Assembly (NCBI GenBank): GCA_965235115.1 | Contig: OZ249436.1 | Span: 29,390,001-29,450,000 of the forward strand | Direction: 5' to 3' | DNA length: 60,000 bases | From: Laetmonice hystrix | Lineage: Eukaryota | In this document: positions 25,174-38,298 of the stretch, one piece after another | Layout: each line of letters begins with the position of its first letter | Position numbering within the stretch: the first letter of the stretch is position 1 | The notes under the pieces: generated by a model | The model's input: only the letters and a program-made list of their open reading frames with translations | Databases searched by the model: none | Told to the model about the DNA's origin: nothing | Translations under genes and position numbers: made by a program

Positions 25174-25707
25174 TCAATCTTGCCGCTACAGTGGTGTGCA
25201 TATTTACTGCCCAGAGATGCTATGCTTTTTACATGGAACCGCAATTCTGTACATCAATTCTTGATAAAGAGTGTGCCTCCTTGAAATTTAGTGCAACATT
25301 ATAAACCAGATCATGAAAACCGACATGTCACGGATGCTAGGGAAATAAACACTAATACATTCCAATTCTTCTTTATTCTAATAATACAAAGACAATTTTT
25401 CCCTGCTAACATATTCCATTAGAAAGTTATTAGACTAAACATAGCTTGATAAAGTAATTAATAGGGCTACATGTCAAAGTTTCCTCTACTTTGTGGGCCC
25501 ATTGTTTTTTGCTTGTTTCTATAAAGATTGATTCAAGGTGTTACAAAATTCCCTTAAAGCAATCACCCAGTATCTTATTTCAATGACTCTAGGATGTTAT
25601 TCCTTCCAAAGTTTTGAGCAGCATGGAGATACCGTTTAGAACAAAGATTTTGTAGCACTATACGGAATTGTTTAAAACAAGTAATATGCTACATAGTCAA
25701 CCACTAA

Positions 25708-25983
<276 letters not shown>

Positions 25984-26452
25984 CTACTGTTGTGTATTCC
26001 TGACAAGAAGGGATGCTTCATGTATTTTCCACTTCAGACAAATATTTTTTTAATCTGTTAAATGAGATCAGCAAAATACATTTCACTTGCAAGGAGTCAT
26101 GTGATCAGTTATTTTGGATATAAACCATTGTCAAAGCATACACAGGAGAACCAGAACGCAGATTATGGATTGAAAGTAAGAGTTTTATCCTCTCAAGTTC
26201 TATACAATAATCTATTCCCATAAATCATCCAAAAGATGTCCAGCAGCCTGTTGCACATCGTCTTATCTTTTTCCATCCAAGTGTCCATATTGTTCGGTTT
26301 CCAGACCGTTTACCAGATCATTGTGTTGTAACAGTTTTGTCTTCATTCCAGCCATTGGGAAATAAACAAAAGGCTTATTTTCAGGTCGTTAGAGAAAACA
26401 TCTACCGACCAGGTATCTGATTCATGTAAGAATCGTACTGTATCATTCATGG

Positions 26453-26692
26453 CTACTCAGTTGGGTGCTTACTACGTTTATGTCTGAGTAGGCTATAGGA
26501 CTGGGTGAATGCCAGATCGCAGTGGACACATTTGTATGGTTTCTCGCCAGTATGAATTCTTCGATGCCTATTCAATGTTCCACTTTGACCAAATCTAGAT
26601 CCACAGACATTACACTCAAATCTCTGGGCCGTAGTGAGTTTGTCGCCTGCTCCTACGGTCCTGCCTAACTGTAGGTTGGATGGGAAACCCAT
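26453..26692 (-). CDS. Variable terminal exon V8 (2 C2H2 fingers)
   Basis: Acceptor tgtgttccag|[34 protein letters not shown]. Confidence 0.85.
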   Translation of the reverse strand: MGFPSNLQLGRTVGAGDKLTTAQRFECNVCGSRFGQSGTLNRHRRIHTGEKPYKCVHCDLAFTQSYSLLRHKRSKHPTE

Positions 26693-27232
26693 CTGGAACA
26701 CACAACAGTGAACGACACCTGTCAGTGACCAGTCACCTCCTGTACCGATTTTATTTCTTAGGTCTCAAATTACGCAACATAATGGATAAACTGTATCGGA
26801 CACAACAAGCTTACAAAAAGAATCAAGTGTACCCCATAATTCCCTTATTTTGGGCAAGTAGAATTAACATGGCAATTTTTGTCCAACAAAACGATTAGAA
26901 CCAACCAAGCATGGTAACCTTGATACCACGCAAAAAGGGACACGTTTCCACAAAAGAACAACACGTTGTAGAAGTCATAACCCCTTAGCCTTAGTAGGCC
27001 CAATCAGATAGGTGACTAGTGTTTTGTTTTCCATCCAGTTGGGCCTATTACATATTCCCTCCAGCCATGGTTCCCTGGAAATACAGCATCTCTATAGTAC
27101 TAGTCTATTGAATTCTGACCCAAATACCAGTACATTGAAATGATATACCGGTAATCTCCTATAGGATTTGAGGTTGAGAACAGAATTTCTTCGCAGTACA
27201 AGCAAAAGATGAATGAATACTATTTGGAAAAT

Positions 27233-27496
27233 CTACTGCACAGTGTATTGAGCGAAATCTTTTCCATGATGTTTGTTCCGCATGTGTCTAGCTCGATGAC
27301 AAGATTGTGTAAATGTTAGGTCACAAAGGTTACACCTGTATGGCCTCTCGCCTGTATGTGTCCTCAGGTGCCTAGTTAGTGCACCTTTCCATGTAAATTT
27401 AGATCCACAGACAACACAGCCAAATCCGTCAGGTCTTGCTTTCATGTTGACCTCTGGCCACTTGTTCCCACCAGAAAATACTTCAGAAAGGCTCAC
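27233..27496 (-). CDS. Variable terminal exon V7 (2 C2H2 fingers)
   Basis: Acceptor tttgttccag|[34 protein letters not shown]. Confidence 0.85.
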   Translation of the reverse strand: MSLSEVFSGGNKWPEVNMKARPDGFGCVVCGSKFTWKGALTRHLRTHTGERPYRCNLCDLTFTQSCHRARHMRNKHHGKDFAQYTVQ

Positions 27497-28179
27497 CTGG
27501 AACAAACAACACTCCAGCCTGTCAGTGACCTTTTCCGTCCTTATTTTAGGCCTACCTCACAACTAGACAATTTTTATCGCTAGCTGCTGCCTTAATATTG
27601 ATAATGAATGTCGAGCACTGACAGTTGTGTGTTACTGTTGACAGAAAGCAAGTTACCTGGTATTGGTTTAATACAAATATATTGGCGATAATCTATTTCG
27701 CTCAACTGCTTTCATAAATCAAACTCTGAAGTAGCAAGGACAAACATATTCAGAAGAAAAAATCGTTTGAGGTTCGTTTGAATGTAACAATTTGAACTTT
27801 ATTGCACAGAAGTCACGCCAAGTGCTAACACTTGAGAACCAATAGTGTACATGCTGCCATCAAAGAATATGATAATATCCATAGCCATCAGTAAATAATT
27901 TTTCCAAGTTTTGTCGTTTCGCCTCAATTCTGGCTCTACTGCCTCATCTTTTTGCTAAATTCCACATCTATGGTGCATTTTGGTACAACTGATAATGGTA
28001 TGCAAACAGTACTAATGGCACTGAACTAGTAAATTATTCTATACAATGGGACGTTTCTTTTATTACTATTGCACATTACGGTATTAACTCAAGGCTGAAC
28101 AGTATGCAATGAGAGCACCAACTAAAGTAAGCCATTACGTATGAGCAATGAATGCATACTCTTAATGGCTGGGACTGCG

Positions 28180-28392
28180 CTAGATGTTATGCCTGTTGCG
28201 TTTATGTCTTTGTAGGTGTCCTGACTGATTGAAAGCCTTGTCACACAGGTTACACAGGTAAGGCCTCTCCCCTGTGTGCGTTCTCAGATGCCTGATGTAG
28301 TCACTAGTTCGACGAAACTTGGCCGAACAGACACTGCAGATAGCCTTAGCCATGTCCCAGCTTAGCTGATCCGCGAGTACATTTTGAGCTCC
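28180..28392 (-). CDS. Variable terminal exon V6 (2 C2H2 fingers)
   Basis: Acceptor tgtcttccag|[34 protein letters not shown]. Confidence 0.85.
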   Translation of the reverse strand, partial: GAQNVLADQLSWDMAKAICSVCSAKFRRTSDYIRHLRTHTGERPYLCNLCDKAFNQSGHLQRHKRNRHNI

Positions 28393-28824
28393 CTGGAAGA
28401 CACAACCAGGCATCTAACTTGTAATTGATTTCCTTTCGAGGTTTACCTTTTTGAAAAAAATATTTTTCCAGAACTGTCAATACCAAAACATTTCTCAGTT
28501 AAACTATTTGGGCCCCCTTTTTTTCCTATTGTCTACTATTGGCTTGTGTCCATGGGCTACCGGCTAAAATTTCTGTTGAGGCTACATGTGCTGAACACTG
28601 TCGAAGCTTGGGCTAGGTCTCGTGGGAGACAGAAAGTTCGAGTTAGTGGGCTCTTTGCCATTTAGTCCGTGGATACCAGTAGCTGAAAAAAGATTGTCAA
28701 TCAACTTCCTTTTTTAGGGGGCTGGGGCACACCCATCTTCTTTTCTACTAGGGTATACAACAGATATTAAGAATTTCTTTAACTCTCACACAAGCTCATT
28801 TCCTTTTGCTTCTCCCATCTATGG

Positions 28825-29073
28825 CTAACTGGTTTCAACCAAGTTATGCACTGAACGTCTATGTCTGTACAGTGTTCCAGACTGAGAGAAAGTACGCTGA
28901 CAGTAATCACATGTGTAAGGCTTTTCTCCTGTGTGTGTCCTCATATGTACTTTAAGGTCACTAGATTGCCGAAATCTGAACCCACACACAGTACAGGCTA
29001 TGTTATATTGATACACAGTTGGGGTGGAGGTCATTTTTCTGTTGTACTGCTGCCCATCATTTTGTACAGCGAC
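28825..29073 (-). CDS. Variable terminal exon V5 (2 C2H2 fingers)
   Basis: Acceptor tctgttgcag|[34 protein letters not shown]. Confidence 0.85.
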   Translation of the reverse strand, partial: VAVQNDGQQYNRKMTSTPTVYQYNIACTVCGFRFRQSSDLKVHMRTHTGEKPYTCDYCQRTFSQSGTLYRHRRSVHNLVETS

Positions 29074-29838
29074 CTGCAACAGACAACAGAAAATGAACCT
29101 TGTCAGTCTCATTTCCGTTTTGGACCGACTTACGGATTCAGTGGTCAGGGGCCTATAGATCTGGGACTTTATTTCCCTAAACACGGTCACTGGTGCTGGC
29201 AAAATGCTAAGGACCCTTGACCTCAAGTTCAATCAGCCTTTGCTTTTCGATTCTGTAATAAATCTGTCACGTCTGTTTGACCAACATAATACCCAAGGCA
29301 CGAAAGGAGTGACCCTTCGACAGGGCTGTGACCAGGTATTTTACAAAATGCTATTGAATGAACAAATCATATAAGCTTTCTGCTAAGCATTTAGCCATAG
29401 TTCCAGAGTTGAGCACTGACTTACACAAGTTGGAAACAAGTGAATTGGGTACATATAAATGTGAACGCCCAACGCCAATTCACAAATCTGCTGTTTTTCT
29501 AAAATATCATCAAATACTCTTGTTGGAGAAAATTGTTTCTCTTTTCCAGAGTAACTTCATACAAGTTAGTAGTCTCCCTCTAATCTGGAAAACTCTTCAT
29601 GAAAATACATCATGACTTGAACAGTTGTCTCATAGAGTTTGACATGTACATGTATCTATTCTACATCAGGCAGTTTTCCAGCCCTACTCATGTGTTACTG
29701 ATGATTAAGTCTGTCTACGTGAAAAAAGGCTGCATAAACTGACAGATAGCAATGCTACTTGAAGAATCATCATAAGCCATGCTAATAGCTAACCTGATTC
29801 GTGTTAAAAAAAAAAGACATTAAAAAAATTATATACCA

Positions 29839-30108
29839 TTATGTAAATATTTCCTCTGGGTGTTTCTGTCGTAAGTGTCTGTTGAGGTGGCTATGCTGGC
29901 TGAACGATTTGTCACAGTGCCGACATGAAAAAGGCCGCTCTCCTGTATGCGAGCGCATATGCTTTGTGACATCTGATTTTGACGGGAACAACTTCGCACA
30001 AATTACACAAGCATGTCTGCGCTCTTTCCTTAAACGTGTCTGCAGGAACTGATCATCAAACATGTTATCTGTCCGAAGAGATGACGGCAGACATACCACA
30101 CCCGAGTT
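29839..30108 (-). CDS. Variable terminal exon V4 (2 C2H2 fingers)
   Basis: Acceptor tgtgttgcag|AAC; CVIC..HMRSH-TGERP-CRHC..QHSHLNRHLRQKH. Confidence 0.85.
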   Translation of the reverse strand, partial: NSGVVCLPSSLRTDNMFDDQFLQTRLRKERRHACVICAKLFPSKSDVTKHMRSHTGERPFSCRHCDKSFSQHSHLNRHLRQKHPEEIFT

Positions 30109-30653
30109 CTGCAACACATAACACGGGTATCTTTATGCAATGGGCAACCACTGCTTTTTTGTTAATAGCCGTTTGTTTACTTCAATAACTTTTGGCAGAG
30201 ACAGTTACTAACACCTCTGCACAAATTTATTCAAAAGATTTCGTTCATTTTTCTAATCTATGAAGAGATGGATTCATGTACCTATCATCATTTGGTCAAA
30301 GCAATCCGGAATCATCCAAAGCCTCACAAGATGTGAACCAGCACTTTTACCCTGAATCATATGGCTCCCTATGCCATGGCAATATATAGCAAATGCTAGG
30401 CACCACATTGCCATCATAACACTTTAATGGCAGTGTTAAGGAATAATATTGTACATGAGTGAAATTGGGCTGCAAATGGCCTAACAAACACCAATACAGC
30501 ACTCATAATAAAACATCATTTTTTACCCCATGGCCATGACACTAGACAGCCATCTGTACACACTACGGGTATTTGTGAATCCATGACCGTCCCCCATTGT
30601 GTACGAAATAAAAAATGTACGAGTAACATCAGTCTTTTGGGGTCTTTTTGCAT

Positions 30654-30905
30654 TCACCAAGTGCTGCAAGCCTCTTTCTGTTGATGTTTGCGGTGCATGT
30701 GCCTAATTAGATGAGTTGATTGACTAAAAGCCATTGAACAATGGCTACACCTATATGGTCTCTCTCCAGTGTGTGTTCTAACATGTCTGTTCAAATTGCC
30801 ACTTTGGCGAAACCTTTTACCACAGGTGTCGCATGTAAATCTTAGTTCTCCTTCAGTCATGCTCGCACCTGCTCCCTTGTTCCCATTAGATAGCAGATGA
30901 CCTGT
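30654..30905 (-). CDS. Variable terminal exon V3 (2 C2H2 fingers)
   Basis: Acceptor tctgttgcag|[34 protein letters not shown]. Confidence 0.85.
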   Translation of the reverse strand, partial: TGHLLSNGNKGAGASMTEGELRFTCDTCGKRFRQSGNLNRHVRTHTGERPYRCSHCSMAFSQSTHLIRHMHRKHQQKEACSTW

Positions 30906-30992
30906 CTGCAACAGACAATGGTGAAGGAAAACCAGTCAGAGCCCAGAACATTTTCTTCCTCGTCCTACTACGTTAACATAAAATACAAATTT

Positions 30993-31283
30993 TTATTTCT
31001 TTTCAAATTTTTCATGCTTGTTTTTGATATGCCTATTCCTTGCTCCTGTCTGTGTGAATCTACACCCACAATATCTACAATGGTATGGTTTCTCCCCAGT
31101 ATGCAATCTCTTATGTTGAGAAAGGTGGCTTCGCTGTCGGAAAGTTCTGCCGCACACTTCACAGGAATAGCGAAGCTGTTCTGGCATCACTGTCTCTAAA
31201 GTGGGCAACCCTGACGTTTGCGGTACTCCAGCAACTGCCATCAATTCGGACTGGAAGGTTGGTTGGATGGAGACCACCTTGGC
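30993..31283 (-). CDS. Variable terminal exon V2 (2 C2H2 fingers)
   Basis: Acceptor cattttccag|GCC (alternative in-frame ccttccag|TCC at 31250); CEVC..HKRLH-TGEKP-CRYC..QTGARNRHIKNKH. Confidence 0.8.
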   Translation of the reverse strand, partial: AKVVSIQPTFQSELMAVAGVPQTSGLPTLETVMPEQLRYSCEVCGRTFRQRSHLSQHKRLHTGEKPYHCRYCGCRFTQTGARNRHIKNKHEKFEKK

Positions 31284-31317
31284 CTGGAAAATGCCCAATA
31301 AGATCATGTACAAGCAA

Positions 31318-31707
31318 CTACTGATGCTTCCGCATGTGATACCGAAGTGTTGTTGAACGCGTGAATGCTGATCCACACACGTTACAAATAAATGGCCTTT
31401 CTCCCGTATGGCTTCTCTTGTGTTGGTTAAGATTGCCAACAAGGGCAAAGCCTGCTCCACACACGTTACACTTAAATGGTTTTTCTCCTGTGTGAGAACG
31501 CATATGATTCTTCATTCCTGATGATGATGGTGAAAGCTTTTCACACACTTTGCAAAAACCAGACGTGTTTTGGCTAGATATATCAGGGTTCATCCCATCA
31601 CCAGAGGTATATACCCTGGGTTCGATAGTTGTTGCAGGACACTGCTGGTGATTTCCATATCCTAAGGTCTGATCAAAAGCTGTGCTAGAGTGGTCGGCCA
31701 TACCAAC
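31318..31707 (-). CDS. Variable terminal exon V1, closest to the common exon (3 C2H2 fingers)
   Basis: Acceptor ggtgtttcag|GTT; CKVC..HMRSH, CNVC..HKRSH, CNVC..HMRKH with TGEKP/TGERP linkers. Confidence 0.85.
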   Translation of the reverse strand, partial: VGMADHSSTAFDQTLGYGNHQQCPATTIEPRVYTSGDGMNPDISSQNTSGFCKVCEKLSPSSSGMKNHMRSHTGEKPFKCNVCGAGFALVGNLNQHKRSHTGERPFICNVCGSAFTRSTTLRYHMRKHQ

Positions 31708-34615
31708 CTGAAACACCCCAACAAAGACAGGTCACAATGGCATTCTGTATTTGGGGTCTTTGGAAACTCCCCACCTGCCAGAGACAATTTTTCTAAAGCA
31801 AGAGGTATGGTCCTTACATCCTGGACCTACGTTGCCTCACCAAATTATCTTCCTTCTCTGTGTTGTACGGTACCTAAGGAGGTACATCCTGAATAAATTT
31901 GATGGGGCTATATCTTAGGATCTTCAATATGATGCGTTCATATACAGTACATCTAAAGTACAAAACAATATTATGACATCTCGTGTTACATTTAAAACAT
32001 CAGCCTCATTTTTCAACCCCATTGTTCAGTGTAAAGTCTGCAGATAGAAACTGCAATAAATTAAACTGCAAAACTTTGTGCAGAAACCTAACCCAAATAA
32101 ATTACATAATCCAAGTCATACACTAGGAATTAAAGTATAGACTTCAGTCTTTTGGGAACTGAAGAGACGGTCGAAGCTCTCTTGAGTCATAACTGTAAGA
32201 AATGAACTACACTCATAATTATTTATGAAATTTACCTGTCATTCTTGCAGATTAGGATCTAATAATATGCTATTAAATGTGTACACTAAATATTTCATGA
32301 AATGTGTGATTCTCCTTCAACACCTCACATACTGCATCAACAGAAGCACAGAATCCTGTGAATAAACTCAAAGTCGAAACATCCATAAACTCGTGAAGTG
32401 ATCATTCTTCCACAACCTCGAGGTCTCTGGTAATAATCTTCATTGGAAATTATTAGCAGAAAAGCTAATGACATTGAATCTTAGCACCCAATAGTTATAC
32501 ATCCCAAAGAGTCTTGATATGATAAATCCAACTGATGTAACAACACATTTACGTCCATCCTGAAATGTCCACCTGGCATTACATGTATACACACCAACGT
32601 CCTCTGTCATTTTGGCAAGATTATTAGATCTATGGTTCATGAAAACGAATAGTATACTGTATGTACATCTCTCAACCATTTATAATGATAGGTACTTCAT
32701 AAATTCCATGCAGCAAAAGGTACATTGTACCCAGTTTACACACTTTGGAATACTTCAGAACAAAACGACCTAAGTAAGATTGTCTTAACTGCCAGACATT
32801 AAAAGAACTTTTGATTCACAGATTAAAACCAAATAAACCTATCTGCATGGATGCCACACATTCCACTGTCAATCATGTTCCCACATAAATAAATACATGT
32901 GAGAAAATCGACTTACCTGGTCAAACACAAATTTGATCAAGTTCATCTCACAATCATCTCATAACCAAAACATTCAGGGACCAACTACCAGGAATAAGAA
33001 ATTTAATAAAATTTTATAACTTATAACAAGAAATCTTAGTTGGTAATTGTTTATCAACAGTCCCAACTTTTGAACCCTCAACTTTATGTGTGAGATAAGC
33101 TTGATCATTTTAAAACACATAAATGAACATTCACTGAGGCATCATATATATGCTTCATTTTAAAACAAATAACCATTTTGGTTGATGATTTAAATCACTT
33201 TGCATATTTAATCTCTCGACCGAATTAAAAAGGCTGGTAGACAGCTGTCTCCTAGAATTGGCCAGCTTTGAACCTTACATGGTGCACATAATTTTCACCG
33301 TGCGATATGGCACTACTTTAGCCACACATGTATAGACTAGTACCTCACAAGTTTGCGATGTTATATGACATATGATGCAACACTGGTGACTGTTCATTTA
33401 TCAATAATACAGAAGAAACAGTGATAACGTGGAACCCTTTGACACTGTCACAGACCTTCCACCCACCTATTCTACTTTGTTAGTAACAATCTATGACAGT
33501 GAAAAATTGTATCAACTATTCACTCATTGATCAATACCTTCAGAGATGACAAGCTTCTTGTTCCACATTATCAACTGTACCAAAATACCTGCATTCTATA
33601 TTTCTTTATTATTGAGAATTTGTATTCTCCATCTTGTTTCAAAACAAGTATTCAACAATCTATTGAACAACCGTTGACTTGTGCTTTCAGATGGAAGGAA
33701 AACGACAGTTCAACTACCGGTAAATCAATTAGCTAAAGCATACAGGCTCGCATGCAAGCCCTGATCTGCTGGATCTGCTCCCTGAATCTTCTCAAATGAG
33801 ATAGTTCAAGGGTGTATGTTATTTGGAGTCACGGTAACTTTTCTAATAATTATGTTTGCACACATACAAAATTGTACCAGTAGGTACATTGTATGTATCA
33901 GGTCGAATATAAATATGGTATCTTTTATAACTCCAACGGAGTAGATTTCTTTTCCTTTACATCACTAAGATTTTAGAAGCCATCCAGATCTTCCAGTCAA
34001 CGGTTGTTACTGATTCAAAGCATGAACATCTCCTGGGACCAACCATATAGGACAGCTGTCCACAATAACTTTAAAATCGCAGTAAAATATTTTAAAACTG
34101 TTGGTTGGTTCCATGAGGGACTAAATCATGGAATGGCAGTTTGAGGAGCTGAAGCACTTCAACCAAGGTTTTTCTTGATAATTATTTATGGACAATTGTT
34201 TTCAGATATAATTTCCAAATACCGGTAGCTTACAGGCGAGTCATTTTAAAACATTTTCATTTTCCACACAGGGTGGGCAATAAAATGCTGAAACCAAGTA
34301 GAGTGCAAAGGGTTGGCCAAGGGTTATGCTAGTAACTAGAGCCAATGGGGTAGGGTCTGCCTGGTATCCTAGCAACTAGGTCGACAAGATAACTCCACCA
34401 CACATGAGATCTATACGTCACTGGTCAGCTGACCAAGCAGTTGTCCATCAAATCCAAATTAGCAAAAAAACAGGAATTATTTTCATAAATTACCCCAAAT
34501 CTGATTTTCTATTAGCTCTTCTAATTTTAAGGGACATTCAATTCAGGTACATGTTCCTCATATACATATCCCCAACAATTGAATTTGTGTTGAAAAAATT
34601 TTCCTTTTAAATTAA

Positions 34616-34651
34616 TGCTTAGAGGAGGCAATAATGTCTGAAAATCCAAGC
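34616..34651 (+). repeat. 36-bp direct repeat, copy 1 (copy 2 at 37384-37419)
   Basis: tgcttagaggaggcaataatgtctgaaaatccaagc is identical at both sites. Confidence 0.85.
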
Positions 34652-36188
34652 CTGCTTTGTAGGTCAAAAGCACAGATCAGAGCTCCCCATTGGTTCCAAT
34701 AGTCAACCCCCGGCCTTTAAGTCAGGGTTTCCTATGTTCCAAAATATCTTTAAAAACCAAGAATATACACTTCCAAAATATCTTTAAAAACCAAGAAGTA
34801 TGTACTTTTTCAACAGTGCTCCAGATTGTCATTCAAACTGCCATTACGTTCTTAGTACTTAATCTTAATTCTTAAGAAAATATGCTATCCACTGCATAGC
34901 TTTCCCAGGAACAGTACAGCATTTTTTAAAAGTGCTCAAATCCAGCATTAAATTTATACTGAGAATAAGTAATCTGGGGTCGAAAGATGGATACACAAAT
35001 ACGCATAATTACAGAAAACTGTGATTTTGGTTGTCATGTCATGAATTACACTGTAACATATTATCGCACGCAATGCTGCACTGAACAGGGTTCTGTTTCA
35101 ACATTTTTTAAGCATTTGCCAGAGGTTAAACTGCACATGGCTCTTTTGGGGGAGGGGGCGGGGAGGAAATCACAGTATCTAAAAGTTTTTTTTAAAAGGG
35201 TAGCAGTGATATTTCTTAATGCAGGGGGTTGGAATTAACTTGTTAGAAAATTGTCATCTTTTCAGCCTTATAACATAAAATTTATTATCGTCTTAACAGG
35301 ATGTACTTCCTGGTAATGAGGGATTTGTGGCAATGTTTTCAGCTAACAGAGACCAAGTTTTAAAAGGGGTAAACCCTTAAATTTGGAGGGGGGGGGGGGG
35401 TCCCCTGCCTTAAAATTTTGGTAGTTCTTTTTGTGAGGACCTTAGTTTTTAGGGGCAGCAATAAAGATGGATCATGATCAATATCTAGAGCAACGAGCAT
35501 TTCGTTTCCAATAAAGTGCCTCCCATTTCGATAAAAGTGCTTCCCACCAAGGTTTCTGGATTGTTAACAAATAACCTTACCTGGGACTGGCAATAAATTG
35601 GGCAAGATTCTAAATTAAAAATGTGGGTTTCAAACCTGCGAACAAGCTGGTATCCAAACCATTCAGTAACCTCTGGCAATACTTAACATAAATATTGTCT
35701 TCTCATGTAAATATCATGCTTTCACTTTTCGCCCCCCTTCCCTCCCCGGCCATGTCACACCTCTTTCCATAATATATTTTTTTGAGCTACATCACTTCCT
35801 GCTTGAAAGTTAAATGATGAATGTAATCCCCGCCCCATCAACAAAAAAGTAAAGCAGTACAGCTACACTACAATAAGTTTCATGACAACCCTAAATCCTA
35901 TTTCCTGAAATGAAGCTTAATTTTGTTGATCCCATACTATTATCAATAATTTCCATAAATATAAATAACCACTAATCTGGAGTGTAGATTTCTCTATTGT
36001 AATTGTAAAGACAGCTCATCTAAAGCTTCATTTGGTTAAATCCACTTTTTCTTTTTCTCTTTTAAATCCCGCCAAACATTTGAAAAATACTATTTTCCAA
36101 GTGAATCAGCATTTTGGTGTGATTATTTGTGTTGTCGAGCAGTGATAGCATATCTTCTTAGTCAATGAACAAAAGAGAAGGTACCAAC

Positions 36189-37022
36189 CGTGTCTGAAGC
36201 TTGCTGTAACCCGCCTCCCCCAGGCCATGACGAACAACCTGGCTGTGACAAGTCTCCACCGGACATTTGACTATCAGAGTCTTGGAATGCTGAATGCGCA
36301 ACTTGACTGGCAAACTCCCCCATTGCTGCAACATTTGGCCACTGTGATCCTATTTGGTACCCCTCGTCTCCGTCTGCTCCCGAATCCGATGCCCCGAGTC
36401 GTCTCTTGGATGGTGGTTCCCCATCATTTTCAAGCTTTCCTACGTGTTCAAAGTCTGGATATTCACCTGAATGTACACTGTCTTGTGGCATATCAAAGCC
36501 TTGTTGATCGCTTTGATATGATGTGTTCTCCTGATTTGGAGACTGAGATGAACTATGAGTCCTTGGACTGCGAACACGTCGCTGGCCTGCAACTCGAGTT
36601 GCTTGTTGTGCTACACTGTCTGGAGATCTCAGTCTTGAAGGTAACGGTTCTACAACCATACACTCATCATCAGACAAGGCCTCTTCTGTTTTAATATTTT
36701 GTGATAAAGGTTTACTGTCTTGTGTGTGAGGAGAGTTTCTTGGTGCTGGACTACTGGCCACAGCCAGAGTCCTTTTCTTACCAGGAGTGACGGGCATGTC
36801 CTCACCAGAAGGCCTAGGCTCACTGTTGTTTTCTGTCCGTTTGGCACTCAAGGCGCTTGGGAAAGATTCACTAATGTGTACAAAAAACACATCTTTACTA
36901 TCTACTTTCACCCCTAGAAGACCTTCCACACATAACTCATCATCATAAGTGAGGCTGTTTTTACACAGTAATGTCACCGTGTCAATTAGTAAATTCTTCA
37001 CACGCTCTTGATCTGCCTTCAT
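36189..37022 (-). CDS. Common (constant) coding exon of the multi-isoform zinc-finger gene: 278 aa, compact N-terminal domain plus Ser/Pro/Gln/acidic low-complexity region
   Basis: Acceptor ttattctcttttcag| (exon starts 37079); ATG at 37022 (MKADQERVKNLL...); phase-0 donor ACG|GTTGGT at 36188 matches the phase of all variable exons; NLS-like PGKKR and PSKRR, SUMO-like IKTE. Confidence 0.85.
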
Positions 37023-37383
37023 TTTGATAAAATGTTGCAATTACATCGACACTTTGGTTTTAAAAGCCACAGGTTGAATCTGAAAAGAGAATAAAACTTA
37101 TGTAGAGTTATCTATAAATATGTTGAAATATTTAATTGAACTTATTTACCATGAAATATTCTCAAATTTGATTGGCATAAGGACCAACATGGCAGGCAAT
37201 CAGTAGCATACCATCCCAGAGATCTACGTGGAACCATGCCTATATGGGGGCTGCTACCCCATTATTATACCACTGGCATGGTTCCAACTACAGGAAAATT
37301 GGACTTTTTGCAACCCCAGTTCAGAGTCGCAGATCATAGATGTTTTACCGTGCAAAATACACCGTTAGAACACATAACACACC

Positions 37384-37419
37384 TGCTTAGAGGAGGCAAT
37401 AATGTCTGAAAATCCAAGC
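37384..37419 (+). repeat. 36-bp direct repeat, copy 2
   Basis: Identical to 34616-34651. Confidence 0.85.
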
Positions 37420-37947
37420 AGGGATCAGGTTGGGTCACGATATTGTAAAGCCACCCTTGGACATTTTTTGTTCCTGCAATGCTGTGCAAGTCATGCAATT
37501 TCAGTGGTATGCAGCGGACCGTGAAGCCTTACAAGTTTGCTACCTGTTTGCACACTGTGTACACGCATAAGTTACGCACTGTCTATGCAATGCTAGGGCT
37601 TGAAAATTCTGTTTGCCTTATCGCCAAATGCGAATGAAAAGTTTGCCTTGGCGAGAATAAAATTCCAGCAGGTAGACATTTGGCGAATAAAACTTCATAA
37701 ATTTCACCTAAAGAATCGCCACTCTTTAACTGCCATCCACAAGATGTAAAATAATAGGTGAAATAGAAAGCAAAGCCCCAAGATCGGCCCAAAAAGCACA
37801 TTGTAGAATTCGTACCATTTAGAATACATTTCTTTGCACACTTAAGGCACTTCAATGCACATCATGAAGCAAATTCTAGAATTTGCATACCTGACATGAA
37901 TTACTGAATACGCTTCGCTTTGGTGCGCTATTTCAGGCTATTGTGAA

Positions 37948-38298
37948 TACTGTAAATCAGGTATTTTTCATGTGTTTTAATTTCATAATTTTTGCGTTTT
38001 CAAAAAAAACCCGGGAAATTAAGAAACGCGAAATAAACACTTGGAACGGCGCATTTCCAGTAATATCCGCTTACAAAACAAAACAACACTTCATTACCTT
38101 ATTTAACTTGGCAGTTGCTTACAATACCAGCTCTTGCTGTATTTGCGTGGTGGGGAATTAAAACTGTTGAATTTATTACATGGCTTTGCCTTTACTTTTA
38201 GATAGGATGCCATTGCCTAAACGCAAATTAACGCCAAACCAGCCCAAAATGAAAAAACGCGAAATTTTAATCATGCCAAATTAAAGTGATTTACAGTA
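37948..38298. mobile_element. Non-autonomous DNA transposon (MITE, Tc1/mariner-like ends)
   Basis: Terminal inverted repeats TACTGTAAATCA ... TGATTTACAGTA with TA ends; internal cgcgaaat repeats. Confidence 0.6.

Noticed and set aside
36162..37040. 292-aa single-exon protein or BTB-domain protein
   Set aside because: The listed start is TTG, the likely ATG is at 37022, and the tail VGTFSFVH is read-through past the donor. No BTB motif is recognisable.
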